A stretch of 43,014 nucleotides of DNA from a virus (taxonomy: Duplodnaviria > Caudoviricetes). The position numbers and the translations under genes are program-made. Below are positions 1-10,002 of this stretch, piece after piece. The notes beneath the pieces were generated by a model that saw only the letters and a list, made by a program, of their open reading frames with translations, had not been told where the DNA came from and did no database searches. The stretch is taken from the IMG/VR virus record IMGVR_UViG_3300048893_000109, positions 1 to 43,014 of that record. One strand, written 5' to 3'. How positions within the stretch are numbered: position 1 is the first letter of the stretch; every line of letters begins with the position of its first letter.

Positions 1-1
1 T

Positions 2-433
2 GATGGTCACGATTATTTCAACTGGTGGTACACGATTGATTGGGTTCAGATTGAGATCAATTTGAACCTGAGTAATGCGATTATCAATGGGTCTAATAAC
101 CCATTGGCACCTCTTTATTATAACCAAGATGGTATTAACTATCTCCAAACTATTCTGTATAATACGATGGCTTCTGCGAGCACTTTCGGCATGGTGCTTG
201 GCAAGATCACTATGACAACGTACGATGGGCCAAATCTTACCAACGCGATTAACGGTGGTGAGTTTGCTGGCGCGTGCGACGTGAATGCGGTGCCGTTCTT
301 GAATTACACGCTGGCAAATCCCGGTGATTACAAGATCGGTGAATACGATGGACTTTCGACCCTGTTTATCCCGGCGCGTGGCTTCATCCACATTTTGGTG
401 AATGTGGTTGCTACCGACCTAGTCTCGATCTAA
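2..433 (+). CDS. Tail sheath protein, C-terminal part (DUF3383-like), 5' truncated by window
   Basis: Frame open from position 2 (DGHDYFNWWYTIDWVQIEINLNLSNAIINGSNNPLAPLYYNQDGI...); WxxIDW and YNQDGI motifs resemble this sheath family; precedes tube gene. Confidence 0.8.
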   Translation, partial: DGHDYFNWWYTIDWVQIEINLNLSNAIINGSNNPLAPLYYNQDGINYLQTILYNTMASASTFGMVLGKITMTTYDGPNLTNAINGGEFAGACDVNAVPFLNYTLANPGDYKIGEYDGLSTLFIPARGFIHILVNVVATDLVSI

Positions 434-443
434 GGAGGCCTAA

Positions 444-884
444 ATGGCGTTCCAATTTACACCTCCTGGACCGTTAAATCGGCTTCGGGCGTCGGTAGTT
501 TTTGCTAATTTTCCTGAACTCAATGTTACGAGTTCTTATCTTACGACTGAAGGTATCCGGCTAGCTCTGGAGGGTAATGCTACGGATATGCTCCCAGCTA
601 TGGTGAGCTTGGTGAGTAGTCCGGCTCCATATCTGTCTGCTACGATCACCATGTCCATTGTGCGTAGTTCTGCACTGGCAAATCTTTTCAAACTTCAGTT
701 TGAAGACAACACTCTTATGGGTATCACCACGATCTGGCCCGACACTGAAATCATACCGGTGTACACGATCAATAATGTCGCACTTGAAAGTGTACGTGAG
801 ATGGCGTTCGCTGGTATGGAAGCAGCAATGGTTGTAACAGCGAGGGGATATTATAATGTCAATACTGGTTTTTTCGGGACATGA
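444..884 (+). CDS. Tail tube protein
   Basis: 146 aa directly after sheath, RBS AAGGAGG; size and position typical. Confidence 0.7.
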   Translation: MAFQFTPPGPLNRLRASVVFANFPELNVTSSYLTTEGIRLALEGNATDMLPAMVSLVSSPAPYLSATITMSIVRSSALANLFKLQFEDNTLMGITTIWPDTEIIPVYTINNVALESVREMAFAGMEAAMVVTARGYYNVNTGFFGT

Positions 885-906
885 GCAAAAATAATTAAAA
901 GAGGGC

Positions 907-935
907 TTTACTTAATATTAAAATTATAGTACTGT
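907..935 (+). promoter_or_regulatory. Possible sigma70-type promoter for the endonuclease gene
   Basis: TTTACT-17nt-TACTGT in an AT-rich intergenic gap; resembles the TTTACA -35 boxes seen elsewhere in window. Confidence 0.3.
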
Positions 936-961
936 TGCTTCCACAGAAAATGGAGGCAGTG

Positions 962-1690
962 ATGGTGATGTATTATGTATATGTTTGGAGTCATAATGGA
1001 ACTCCACGTTATGTTGGTAGATCGCGTAATCGTAATCGAGCTTTACGTCATATAACTCATGAAGGACATAATCAGGCTCGGTTTGATTATTTTCAAAAAT
1101 ATAGCATAGAGATGAACCTTCAGTATGTTTTAGAGAATGCTACTTTAATAGATGCTTGTGAATTAGAAGAAACACTTATTCGACAATATGGTTTATTGTG
1201 TGACCAGACTGGTTCCTTATTAAATTTGACTTACGGTGGGTTTACTGAAAAAAGAAGTCAAAGTAGTCTTACAAAAGTTAGTCAGACACAAAAGAATTTG
1301 GGTGAGACACATTGGACTAAACGTCCAGAAGTAAGAGCTAGAATTCAACATACGTTGAGCTTAAAATTTCAAGATGCTTCTTATAAAGAAGAGCGTATTA
1401 ATCAATTAAATCAGTCGCGGGATAATCCAGTCACTAAAGAAAAAATGAGTGTTGCTAAATTAGGCAAGTGTTTGACTGAAGAGCATAAGGCTAAGATAAA
1501 AGAAAACGCTGACCGATCAATTAGGAGTGAAGAGACTAAACAATTAATGTCCCAGGGTCAAGCGGAGTGTTGGGCAGACCCTGATCGCTCAGCTAAGAGA
1601 CGTGAGTCTTTAAAAGCAGCTTGGGCTGATCCAGTTAAAAAAGCAGAGCGGTTAGCAAAACGAAATGAGACATTGAGAAATAAAACCTAA
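962..1690 (+). CDS. Free-standing GIY-YIG homing endonuclease with NUMOD3-like DNA-binding repeats
   Basis: YYVY...YVG...R..H...E..LI...LLN motif series; C-terminal LTEEHKAKI and RSEETKQLMS repeats; RBS GGAGG at 952-956 favours ATG 962; AT-richer than flanks. Confidence 0.85.
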   Translation: MVMYYVYVWSHNGTPRYVGRSRNRNRALRHITHEGHNQARFDYFQKYSIEMNLQYVLENATLIDACELEETLIRQYGLLCDQTGSLLNLTYGGFTEKRSQSSLTKVSQTQKNLGETHWTKRPEVRARIQHTLSLKFQDASYKEERINQLNQSRDNPVTKEKMSVAKLGKCLTEEHKAKIKENADRSIRSEETKQLMSQGQAECWADPDRSAKRRESLKAAWADPVKKAERLAKRNETLRNKT

Positions 1691-1708
1691 CATGAGTACG
1701 AGGGGCGC

Positions 1709-2275
1709 ATGGCACAAATCAAACTTAACCGGAAGCTAAATCTTGTTCTAGATATAGATGTCGATGTAGGGAAAATCTACGTACACTCAGTTCCGATTAG
1801 TCGGGAAGTGTTCGAAGATAATTTTCTCGTCATTTCGCGCGCTTTCACAGCCGTATACACGAATGGCTTAGGTCCTGTTACCGGCCCTCGTGTTGCGGCT
1901 CTTTTAGTCAAACAAGAAGCTCAAGCGCTCAATGTTTGGGATAAAACAAAACAATCCCTTTTCGCAGAAATCCACCGGTTAACATCAGTGATGGTGCCAA
2001 CTGATACCGGATGGGATACTATCCCTTTCAGTGTTGCATGTTCACGCGGCATCATCGATGAAGATGTTGCGTCGGAGGTTGAAAATAGCCTCGTATATTT
2101 TACATGCGCCTCATCCATCCACCTAAAGACGGAGATGGGGATAGCCCTGGAAGGCTTGAGCACTCTGTGGGGCGCGCTAACTACATCATTGAACGCTACG
2201 GATTTCATGCGTTCCTTACAGACCTCGACTCAGGGCGAGACTACTGGCGTGAAGTCGGGGAATGGGAATCAATAA
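1709..2275 (+). CDS. Tail assembly chaperone (putative)
   Basis: Position between tube and tape measure; followed by an overlapping -1 frame ORF. Confidence 0.6.
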   Translation: MAQIKLNRKLNLVLDIDVDVGKIYVHSVPISREVFEDNFLVISRAFTAVYTNGLGPVTGPRVAALLVKQEAQALNVWDKTKQSLFAEIHRLTSVMVPTDTGWDTIPFSVACSRGIIDEDVASEVENSLVYFTCASSIHLKTEMGIALEGLSTLWGALTTSLNATDFMRSLQTSTQGETTGVKSGNGNQ

Positions 2276-2409
2276 TTCATTCGTGTATGTCGTGGCTGGT
2301 TGATGAAGGATTTAATGACTTTTTCAGCCAGTTTGAAGAATTGACTATGCCACACGGCACAAGACTTCAATGGCAACAACGCTACCTCATCTCACTGTGG
2401 AAAGCTTAA
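2104..2409 (+). CDS. Probable -1 frameshift extension of the tail chaperone (lambda G-T-like)
   Basis: Overlaps chaperone 3' end in -1 frame, no convincing RBS of its own, protein-like C-terminus (WLVDEGFNDFF...WQQRYL). Confidence 0.45.
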   Translation: MRLIHPPKDGDGDSPGRLEHSVGRANYIIERYGFHAFLTDLDSGRDYWREVGEWESIIHSCMSWLVDEGFNDFFSQFEELTMPHGTRLQWQQRYLISLWKA

Positions 2410-2424
2410 CATAGGAGTTACCTC

Positions 2425-2688
2425 ATGGCATCCGCAACAGTGACCGGTACAACAGAAGTAACACAACAGGCGAATCCGCAAGCTCAGGTTATTGAAACGC
2501 TGGAAAAAGCAGCGCAGTTCACAGTCAGTGCTCTTCAGCTTGCTACCCAACTCGGTGTGAAACTCCCCAACAATCCTTTCCTATCGTTCCTGATGACTCT
2601 GGTGGCTTCACATCCTCCGTCTCAACAGCAAGCAGTCGTGGCTCATCTACAAGATGCAGTCCAGACTGTTCAAGACCAGATCGCGTAA
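2425..2688 (+). CDS. Hypothetical protein (87 aa, Q/A-rich)
   Basis: RBS AGGAG, fills gap in operon. Confidence 0.7.
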   Translation: MASATVTGTTEVTQQANPQAQVIETLEKAAQFTVSALQLATQLGVKLPNNPFLSFLMTLVASHPPSQQQAVVAHLQDAVQTVQDQIA

Positions 2689-2704
2689 CCTAGACACCGG
2701 TTAA

Positions 2705-5700
2705 ATGGCTTCTCAAGCCCACACAATTACGATACCTGTACCACAAGAGATGATGCGGAATATGCTCCGCATCATGGCACAGGTATCACAATTTCAACAA
2801 GCAGCTATTGATTCAGCTAGATTTGCTCGTACTGTTAATCAACAGTATACACAAGCGGTTAATGTTCAGAATACACTGATGGTCCGTTTTAGACGGATGC
2901 AACAATTGTTGAATAATACTCGCACACAATTTCAAGCGAATACTGCTCGCATTATGCAAGCGATGGGTCCATTTGGTGGTGCTTTCTTACGAGCGTTGAC
3001 CATTCCTGCGACAATTATTCGGTTTACGGCAGTCATGGGTGCTTCAGCTATTGCAGCGATCCCTGGACTCACCAAATGGATTTGGGATCAAATGGTGCAT
3101 CTTGGAGATTCTATTCTCCAAGATTGGTTAGAAGCCTCAGGACTTGTATCTTCCATAGGAGGGTTAAGAGCATACCGGTATGCCTTTGGCAGTTTACCTA
3201 ATGATCCTGCTCTAGCAGGAAATGTTGCAACTGGTCGCACTGATATCACATCTCAACAACTGTTAGCGTTGAAGACTCTAGGAGTAAAACAGACTTCTGA
3301 TACTGCTGATATGATGGTACAGGCAACGCTTGCCGCTGCACAGTTTATGAAAACGAATGATTTGTATATGAGTTTGGCAAAAGCGGCAGCGATGGGAATT
3401 ACGTCGCTGTTTACGCCAGAATCACTACTAGCTTTGCGGAATATGGATATTAAGGAGCTCCAAAGACGTCGCGATTTATATGAAGCAAATAAACAGAAAC
3501 TAGATATTTCCAAGAAAGCCAGAGAAGCCTGGATTTCTTTCTCTGTGCAAATTGATAAAATGTGGGCACACATTGATACGATTATCGGTGAAAAGCTCGC
3601 AAACCCAAAATCCCCTATCGTACAGTTAATCACCCGGTTAGCGAAACGAATTGAAGATTTTGTCGCGTGGATAGCAGAGCAACCCATTACGAAGACCATA
3701 ATTGATAAAATTGAAATATGGTTAATTGATTTCACTAATTGGATGAAAGAAGGTAAATTAGTTAATCTCATTAATCAATTAGCTGAACTAGCTCTTCAAT
3801 TTACACAATCTGTTATTAAAGCAAGTGACGAACTTCGCAAGCTTGGTCGTCATTTATCTGGTGATTCTGCAACATTTGAACGATCGGTAGCTCCTGGTGG
3901 TACTCCTTCTCCTACTAGTAGCGGTGGATATAATGTGAGCGGAGGAGGTTATGCTGGAGCTCCTTCTATTGGAGGTGGAGGATACCCAGGGAGCGCTAGA
4001 TATGCTCTTGGTGGACCTCCTGCATGGCGACAACCGGTAGGTGGCAATAACGGCCGCCCGGTGGCCACTGGTGCGCCTAGCAGTAGCGCGGGTGCCACCC
4101 CTAAGCTAGGTGGTGGTTGGCCTACCAGCGATACTCCTGCGGGGCGTGGGATGGCTCTTAGCAGTAGGGGCAGGGGTGGTCAAAGTAATAAAGGAAATGT
4201 GTCTAATGTGGGGCAAGATGAAGCTCCATCAACAGACAGTTATAATAGCTTAGCTGATATGCGTGCTGGGTTCGCTAAAGAGATGAAAGATAACCCACAA
4301 TTAAGACAAAGACTTTTAGCACAAGTTGAAGCAGAAGTAGGTGGTCAACCGGCTCTCACTAGGCAAGCTTATTTTGAACAAATTATGAACCGTGCCGCTA
4401 ATCGACATCAAACACTAGCACGAGCATTGAATGACACAGCATATTTTCCACCCCGTACCCAGAATATAACTAATAGTCCTGGATATCTTGAAAGAAATGT
4501 TTCGGCTGAAGGTATCGCAGCTAGAAATGCTGAATTAAATGCTGTTTTAGCTGGATCAGATGTTTCAAGAGGAGGAACCGGTAATTATAGTGTTTATAAA
4601 AGCTGGGGGCCATCTACTGTAGGTCAGACTGGAGTCGCAGGTTTAGGTGGTGGTACGACAACGTTTGTTTCTGGGGCTCCATATTCAAACCGCGAATACA
4701 TTGGTATGGAGAAAACTGATCTTGATTTAGGGTGGTTATCGAAGTATCGTAAAGCAACCGCAGGTGGAGGCCAGCAACAATTTCCATCAACACCTAGTAC
4801 TCCAACTAATAGATTGCTTCCATGGCCAGGAGAAGAAGGCAAATCATCAACTCCTTCAACCGGTGGTAATCGTGTTATCTCACCTTTCACAACTGGCAAT
4901 GATTTTCGTATAGGTACTGGGAACGTTTTTGGGGCTGGTAGACCAGGAGGTCGTCCTCACTCTGGTAATGATCTTCACGCTGGTCCTCCCGGAACCTCAA
5001 ATGGACAACCGGTCGTCTCAATGACTGGTGGGACTGTTCTTTATCGCGGTGTTAACCGAGGATATAACGCGAATATAGTAATTCAAGGTGATGATGGAAT
5101 TATTCGTCGCTATGCACCTCATGCAAGCACAGCACCGTTAGCTGTTGGATCTCGTGTTACACAAGGTCAGATAATCGGTGTTATTGGTGAAGATCATTTA
5201 CATTATGAAGAAATCCCACCTACTATTGGTGGACGTCCTAATCCTGTTTATCAACAGTTTGTAGATAATGCTCCTACTAATACTTTTACGTCAACATCAT
5301 ATCAAAAAGGTGTAGTAAATCCTTCAGGACCAGAAGGTTCACTTCAATACATTGGGAAAGGCGACCGGGTAGTTTCACCGGTTATGTCACAGCCAACCGA
5401 TCGAACTACTCAACCTGCTCAACTAGATGCTGGCGGAAAATCTTGGAAATATGAACGCCGTGCAGGTGAATCAGGAGAATTCAATTATGCTGCGACTGGG
5501 GCATATGGACCTCCTGGTCAAAATCTCACTACGATTCAATTGAATAGTGGAAGATCTGTGCAGGTTAACAAGGAAGTCGCACCACGTTATCAAGGATTTT
5601 TAAATGAATTAGAAGGACGTGGTTACCGTATTAATTCTTTGGGAGGTTATGATTATCGTACTAAGGTAGGAGGCGGTTCAGGATTGTCTATGCACGCTTA

Positions 5701-6208
5701 TGGTGCAGCGATAGATATCAACCCAGGACAAAATACACAATATGGTCAAACTACTAATATGCCAAAAGACATTGAACAATTAGCATGGAAGCACGGTCTC
5801 TCATGGGGTGGGAGATTCGGTGATCCAATGCATTTTGAACCTATGTCTGATGAGGCATGGGCGTCTAAACGTAAGCAAATGGAGCAGACTGGTACACTTC
5901 CACTTGATTCTCAGCGTGCCCCATCACTCGTACCCGGTCAAACTCCAGCATCTACTATACGAGATCCAGCATGGGATGAACCGGCATGGATGAAACCATA
6001 TCTGCTACACAAACCTGATCAACAATACAGTGAAGAAACCAAAACTGATAATACAGTCGAAGTCAAGAATCATGGTTCTCCAGAGACCCCACAAAAAGAG
6101 CCTCAGCATAATGGAGGTTCTTTAAAAGAAGGAGTAAAAGTTGACAACCGGTCAGATCATGACATTGATGTGAAATCTAGTGGTGAAGATAACCACAGTG
6201 ACGATTAA
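2705..6208 (+). CDS. Tape-measure-like protein with three putative peptidoglycan hydrolase domains (SleB/Hydrolase_2-like, M23, M15)
   Basis: Helical N-terminus; AEVGGQ...IMNRA (SleB-like); HSGNDL...HLHYE (M23); SMHAYGAAIDINP...WGGRFGDPMHFE (M15). Confidence 0.8.
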   Translation: MASQAHTITIPVPQEMMRNMLRIMAQVSQFQQAAIDSARFARTVNQQYTQAVNVQNTLMVRFRRMQQLLNNTRTQFQANTARIMQAMGPFGGAFLRALTIPATIIRFTAVMGASAIAAIPGLTKWIWDQMVHLGDSILQDWLEASGLVSSIGGLRAYRYAFGSLPNDPALAGNVATGRTDITSQQLLALKTLGVKQTSDTADMMVQATLAAAQFMKTNDLYMSLAKAAAMGITSLFTPESLLALRNMDIKELQRRRDLYEANKQKLDISKKAREAWISFSVQIDKMWAHIDTIIGEKLANPKSPIVQLITRLAKRIEDFVAWIAEQPITKTIIDKIEIWLIDFTNWMKEGKLVNLINQLAELALQFTQSVIKASDELRKLGRHLSGDSATFERSVAPGGTPSPTSSGGYNVSGGGYAGAPSIGGGGYPGSARYALGGPPAWRQPVGGNNGRPVATGAPSSSAGATPKLGGGWPTSDTPAGRGMALSSRGRGGQSNKGNVSNVGQDEAPSTDSYNSLADMRAGFAKEMKDNPQLRQRLLAQVEAEVGGQPALTRQAYFEQIMNRAANRHQTLARALNDTAYFPPRTQNITNSPGYLERNVSAEGIAARNAELNAVLAGSDVSRGGTGNYSVYKSWGPSTVGQTGVAGLGGGTTTFVSGAPYSNREYIGMEKTDLDLGWLSKYRKATAGGGQQQFPSTPSTPTNRLLPWPGEEGKSSTPSTGGNRVISPFTTGNDFRIGTGNVFGAGRPGGRPHSGNDLHAGPPGTSNGQPVVSMTGGTVLYRGVNRGYNANIVIQGDDGIIRRYAPHASTAPLAVGSRVTQGQIIGVIGEDHLHYEEIPPTIGGRPNPVYQQFVDNAPTNTFTSTSYQKGVVNPSGPEGSLQYIGKGDRVVSPVMSQPTDRTTQPAQLDAGGKSWKYERRAGESGEFNYAATGAYGPPGQNLTTIQLNSGRSVQVNKEVAPRYQGFLNELEGRGYRINSLGGYDYRTKVGGGSGLSMHAYGAAIDINPGQNTQYGQTTNMPKDIEQLAWKHGLSWGGRFGDPMHFEPMSDEAWASKRKQMEQTGTLPLDSQRAPSLVPGQTPASTIRDPAWDEPAWMKPYLLHKPDQQYSEETKTDNTVEVKNHGSPETPQKEPQHNGGSLKEGVKVDNRSDHDIDVKSSGEDNHSDD
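4030..4130. other. TC/GA-free tract A (101 nt, inside coding linker)
   Basis: No TC or GA dinucleotide between GA at 4029-4030 and GA at 4130-4131. Confidence 0.8.
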
Positions 6209-7596
6209 TGCGGTATTATGAAATTTATATACCGGGAGCTCCGGCAGCTTTTCCTCCTCTTCCAGGATCAGGAGCTATTTGGAGTTCTTTTATCAATGGG
6301 CATCATAATCCTGAAGCACAGCAGATTGACTTCTCTATTGAAGAAACGACTTTTGCACCTATTCCGTCTCCATCTTCAACTCTTACGATACACGGTGTAA
6401 GTTTTGAACAGATAAAACAATCAGCAAGTTTGAATGGATTGAGTATCTATATTTATGGTGGTATGTCGGCTGGATTGCCGATTGCAACTGCTCAAGCACC
6501 ACAAGCCGGTTTGATAATGCAGGGAGTCATTCTAAAGTGTTGGGGGAATTGGATCGGTACAGAAATGTCAATTGGCATGTCCTTTGTGGCAGCAGGATTG
6601 GCGATAGGACAAGATGCGGCGGGCCAAGAAGGAGTTGTGGGTGGAGGTGGAGGATCTGCTAGTCCTGCACCATTAAATTTGAATTTAACTAATACTCCTC
6701 TTATAAGTCGTTCTTTTAATGGTGTTGGATTTCGATCCTTAGATCAACTAGCTTTGCCGACTGCCGTCGTATCTCCGGGAGGAGGACAAGTTGCGGGTGC
6801 AATTTCTGGATTAGTGAGTGTTGGTGGTAAAATTATTGGCAATCTTCCATTGATAAATTATGGAGACGGTTCCTCAACAATGGGCGGTATTACGAGTTCA
6901 TTGTTTGGTGGAGGGGGAGGAGGCCTTACATTAATCAAGCCATTAAATCTCATTCATAATATGGCTCCCAATGAACCTCTTTCAGCAGCTATTCAGAAGA
7001 CTTTATCGACAGCTTTTCCAAGCGCCAGTATCAATATTAAAATCAGCCCTAATTTGATGCTTGCTTATCAAGATGCTGGTGTTTATCAGAATATGGAACA
7101 ATATGCACATTATATTCAACAGTTAAGTAATTCTATACTCGGCACGAATAATTATGCCGGAGTGCAAATGACTTCATATAATAACACAATTAATGTGTGG
7201 GATGCCACTCAACCAGATACAGCTGGATCCATAAATCCATGGGATTTAATAGGACAACCTACTTGGATTGATATAATTAAAATCAATGTTAAAACTGTCT
7301 TACGTGCAGATATTCATGTTTCACAAACATTCACACTCCCGGCCGGTACGTTGATTGGAATGACTTCAGATGCAGTTATCCCGATGACTCCTGAACAGAA
7401 AACATCTCTTTCATTTTCAGGTCTTTTCTTTGTAACTAAGATATTACATATCGGAGATTTTCGTAATCCTGATGGTGCGAGTTGGTGCACAAATTATGAG
7501 GCTATAATCTTCTCAGAAGGTGTTGCTGGACCTTCACAAAGTGATTGGCAACCGGCAACTCCCGCCGCTGTAGCGGGTCAGGTTTCGTATGGCTAG
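6208..7596 (+). CDS. Baseplate hub-like protein
   Basis: MRYY.I.I start, DLIGQPTW and HIGDFRNPDGASW motifs resemble hub proteins of this phage group; Gly-rich central insertion. Confidence 0.65.
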   Translation: MRYYEIYIPGAPAAFPPLPGSGAIWSSFINGHHNPEAQQIDFSIEETTFAPIPSPSSTLTIHGVSFEQIKQSASLNGLSIYIYGGMSAGLPIATAQAPQAGLIMQGVILKCWGNWIGTEMSIGMSFVAAGLAIGQDAAGQEGVVGGGGGSASPAPLNLNLTNTPLISRSFNGVGFRSLDQLALPTAVVSPGGGQVAGAISGLVSVGGKIIGNLPLINYGDGSSTMGGITSSLFGGGGGGLTLIKPLNLIHNMAPNEPLSAAIQKTLSTAFPSASINIKISPNLMLAYQDAGVYQNMEQYAHYIQQLSNSILGTNNYAGVQMTSYNNTINVWDATQPDTAGSINPWDLIGQPTWIDIIKINVKTVLRADIHVSQTFTLPAGTLIGMTSDAVIPMTPEQKTSLSFSGLFFVTKILHIGDFRNPDGASWCTNYEAIIFSEGVAGPSQSDWQPATPAAVAGQVSYG

Positions 7597-9220
7597 GTCT
7601 CCTGTATTAAATGTTCAAGTCAATGCGCAACAGTTCACGCAACTGGTGCAACAATTCAACACGTTTTCAAGAAATATTGGTACGCTGACGAATCAATTTA
7701 ATCAGTTGAATAGGACTATGAATGTAACATATTCTTTATCAAATATGTTACGAAATAGCATGAGTTCTATGCTGCAGATGGGTAAGTCCATCGCAGCTAC
7801 AACCCTCAGTATCACCACTCAATTCTTAAAATGGTCTACTATCATTGGTGGCATCACCGCTCTGCTAGGATTAGGTGGAGGTCTCTTCGGTATTGAACGG
7901 CTAGCTAGTTCTATTCTTGCCAGACGCCGACAAGTGCTGGGGTTGGGTGGAACGATTGGCGGAGTTCGTAGTTCAGAAATCGCCGGGAAACCCCTGTTTG
8001 GTGACAACACCGGTAATATCCTTGCGAATATTCGTCAAGGAACGGCGGGTGACTTTGATAAGATGTCACCGCTAGCGGCCTTAGGGATTAAGTTTGGTAC
8101 TCAGGAATCACCAGACGAGATTTTAAATAAGGTGCTTCGTAAGATACCAGATATCTTAAAGAATGCACCCAAGGGCACTGAACTATCAATATTGAATGCT
8201 TATGGGTTGAATAAAATATTCACGGACCCTATGGACCTCATCCGGTTAACAACCAAGGAGGGGCAAGAAGAGATTAAGAAACGTGAAGAACTACAGCAAC
8301 AGATTAAGAAAGAGTTAGAATTATCACCTAAAGCTCAAGAAGGTTGGAGTAACCTATCACTACAGCTTGCGAAAGCTGGTGCTCATATCCAAACTATTTT
8401 TGGTGAAAAACTTGCTAAACTCGCACCAGTTTTAGAAAGAGTTAGTCAAGCATTTGAGACCGCTGTCGAAGCTTTTATGAGCACTAAGTTAGTAGAGAGA
8501 GTGCTATCAAAGGTAAGTGAGTGGTTAGAGAAATTTGCGAAATATGCTGAAGAAGGTGAATTAGAGAAAGATTTAAAACAATTCGCTGAAACTATTGAAG
8601 GCTGGCTCCCCACATTAAAAGAGATGGGAGAAGCAATGTTGGGTTTCGTTAGTACAATCGGTAGTGTTATTCGGTTCTTAATGAAATTATCCCCGGGAAG
8701 TGATGCTACTGTAACTGATATGAATAATCGTATTCAACAGCAACGGCAAAATACGATCCAACAAGGAGCCAACCGGTCAAATTTCAGCTCTGTTCCAAAT
8801 TCTGTTTCTACATCAAACGGAAATATGAATGTTCAAGCTCCAATGAGTAATTGGAATGCGAATACAGCTTTAAGGAATTTTACCAATTATTCAGTTCCTC
8901 AGTTTGGTGGGGCTGGTGGCAATTCTAGTTTCAATAATAATAGAAGCTCTATTCTCAGTATGCCTCCAGCTTATAGCGGATTTGGAGGAGCATTTGGTGG
9001 CGCAAAGGGTCCAGATGGACCACAGACTAATATTTCATCATGGTCAAAAGCAGCTCTAAACGCATCTCCTACAACTAATGTTCAGTTTGCTTCTCGTGGG
9101 GGTGCGAGTGGAGGACCACTTGCTTCTAATAATTGGCAGTCTACAAGAACTGCTAGCCTCGTTGTTCGTAATGTTCCTGGTGCGAATGTCTTTATGTCTG
9201 GAGCAGGAATGTCCACCTAA
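7589..9220 (+). CDS. Second tape-measure-like protein (paralog of N-terminal part of 2705..6208), no enzymatic domain evident
   Basis: Shared segments e.g. LELSPKAQEGWSNLSLQLAKAGAHIQTIFGEKLA vs LDISKKAREAWISFSVQIDKMWAHIDTIIGEKLA. Confidence 0.7.
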   Translation: MARSPVLNVQVNAQQFTQLVQQFNTFSRNIGTLTNQFNQLNRTMNVTYSLSNMLRNSMSSMLQMGKSIAATTLSITTQFLKWSTIIGGITALLGLGGGLFGIERLASSILARRRQVLGLGGTIGGVRSSEIAGKPLFGDNTGNILANIRQGTAGDFDKMSPLAALGIKFGTQESPDEILNKVLRKIPDILKNAPKGTELSILNAYGLNKIFTDPMDLIRLTTKEGQEEIKKREELQQQIKKELELSPKAQEGWSNLSLQLAKAGAHIQTIFGEKLAKLAPVLERVSQAFETAVEAFMSTKLVERVLSKVSEWLEKFAKYAEEGELEKDLKQFAETIEGWLPTLKEMGEAMLGFVSTIGSVIRFLMKLSPGSDATVTDMNNRIQQQRQNTIQQGANRSNFSSVPNSVSTSNGNMNVQAPMSNWNANTALRNFTNYSVPQFGGAGGNSSFNNNRSSILSMPPAYSGFGGAFGGAKGPDGPQTNISSWSKAALNASPTTNVQFASRGGASGGPLASNNWQSTRTASLVVRNVPGANVFMSGAGMST

Positions 9221-10002
9221 TGCCTTCATCTAACACTGCCGCTCAACTTTCATACCAAATCTGCCCTATCGTTTTAACCGGTGGGGTTGCCGGTCAGGTT
9301 CCGGCAGGTATTTTACCGATGTTGAGCTTATTCTATGCTTCTGGTACTGCTCTCGAATTACCGTACGATATTAGTGATTTAGATGATGCTTTTGGTTCTT
9401 TCAACGTTTTACCGGGTGGTACACTTATTCAACAATCTGTTGGTAAGTATCCATTTGCTAATCAGTATGTTGCAGCTAATGCTACGATCAGAGAACCATT
9501 AACAATTTCTGTTATTATGGATGCTCCTATGCGTGGATCTAACGCATGGAATGTCAAACAGACTGTGATGACCGCTTTAAAAGCGACTTTGGATGCTCAT
9601 AATAATAACGGTGGAACCTATACTGTCGTTACACCGGCCTATGTTTATCAAAACCTCATTATGACTGCTTTAACTGATAATAGTCGTGGTAATAGTCCTC
9701 TTCCTCAAAATGCATGGCGATTTGATTTTGAGAAACCTCTTGTAACACTAGCAGATGCACAAGGTGCTCAGAATCAGTTAATGGGTCGTTTAACAAATCA
9801 AGTCTTTACCCTTGGCAATCAAACCGGTAATCAAGAAGGTAAAGATTCTGCCCATGTTGAAACCGGGGGAACTCCTCATCTTATTGGGGCTCTATCTGGT
9901 GGTAATGCAATGCCAAAATTTGGGTCCCTTACTTCTACATCAGCTTTGAATTATCCAGCCGCGTTTACTCCCTCAGGATTTCCATTTAAAGGTATCGGAT
10001 GA
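9220..10002 (+). CDS. Baseplate/tail tube initiator-like structural protein
   Basis: YQICPIVLTGG, YPFANQ.VAANA, HNNNGGTY.V.TP motifs; position after tape measure. Confidence 0.6.
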   Translation: MPSSNTAAQLSYQICPIVLTGGVAGQVPAGILPMLSLFYASGTALELPYDISDLDDAFGSFNVLPGGTLIQQSVGKYPFANQYVAANATIREPLTISVIMDAPMRGSNAWNVKQTVMTALKATLDAHNNNGGTYTVVTPAYVYQNLIMTALTDNSRGNSPLPQNAWRFDFEKPLVTLADAQGAQNQLMGRLTNQVFTLGNQTGNQEGKDSAHVETGGTPHLIGALSGGNAMPKFGSLTSTSALNYPAAFTPSGFPFKGIG

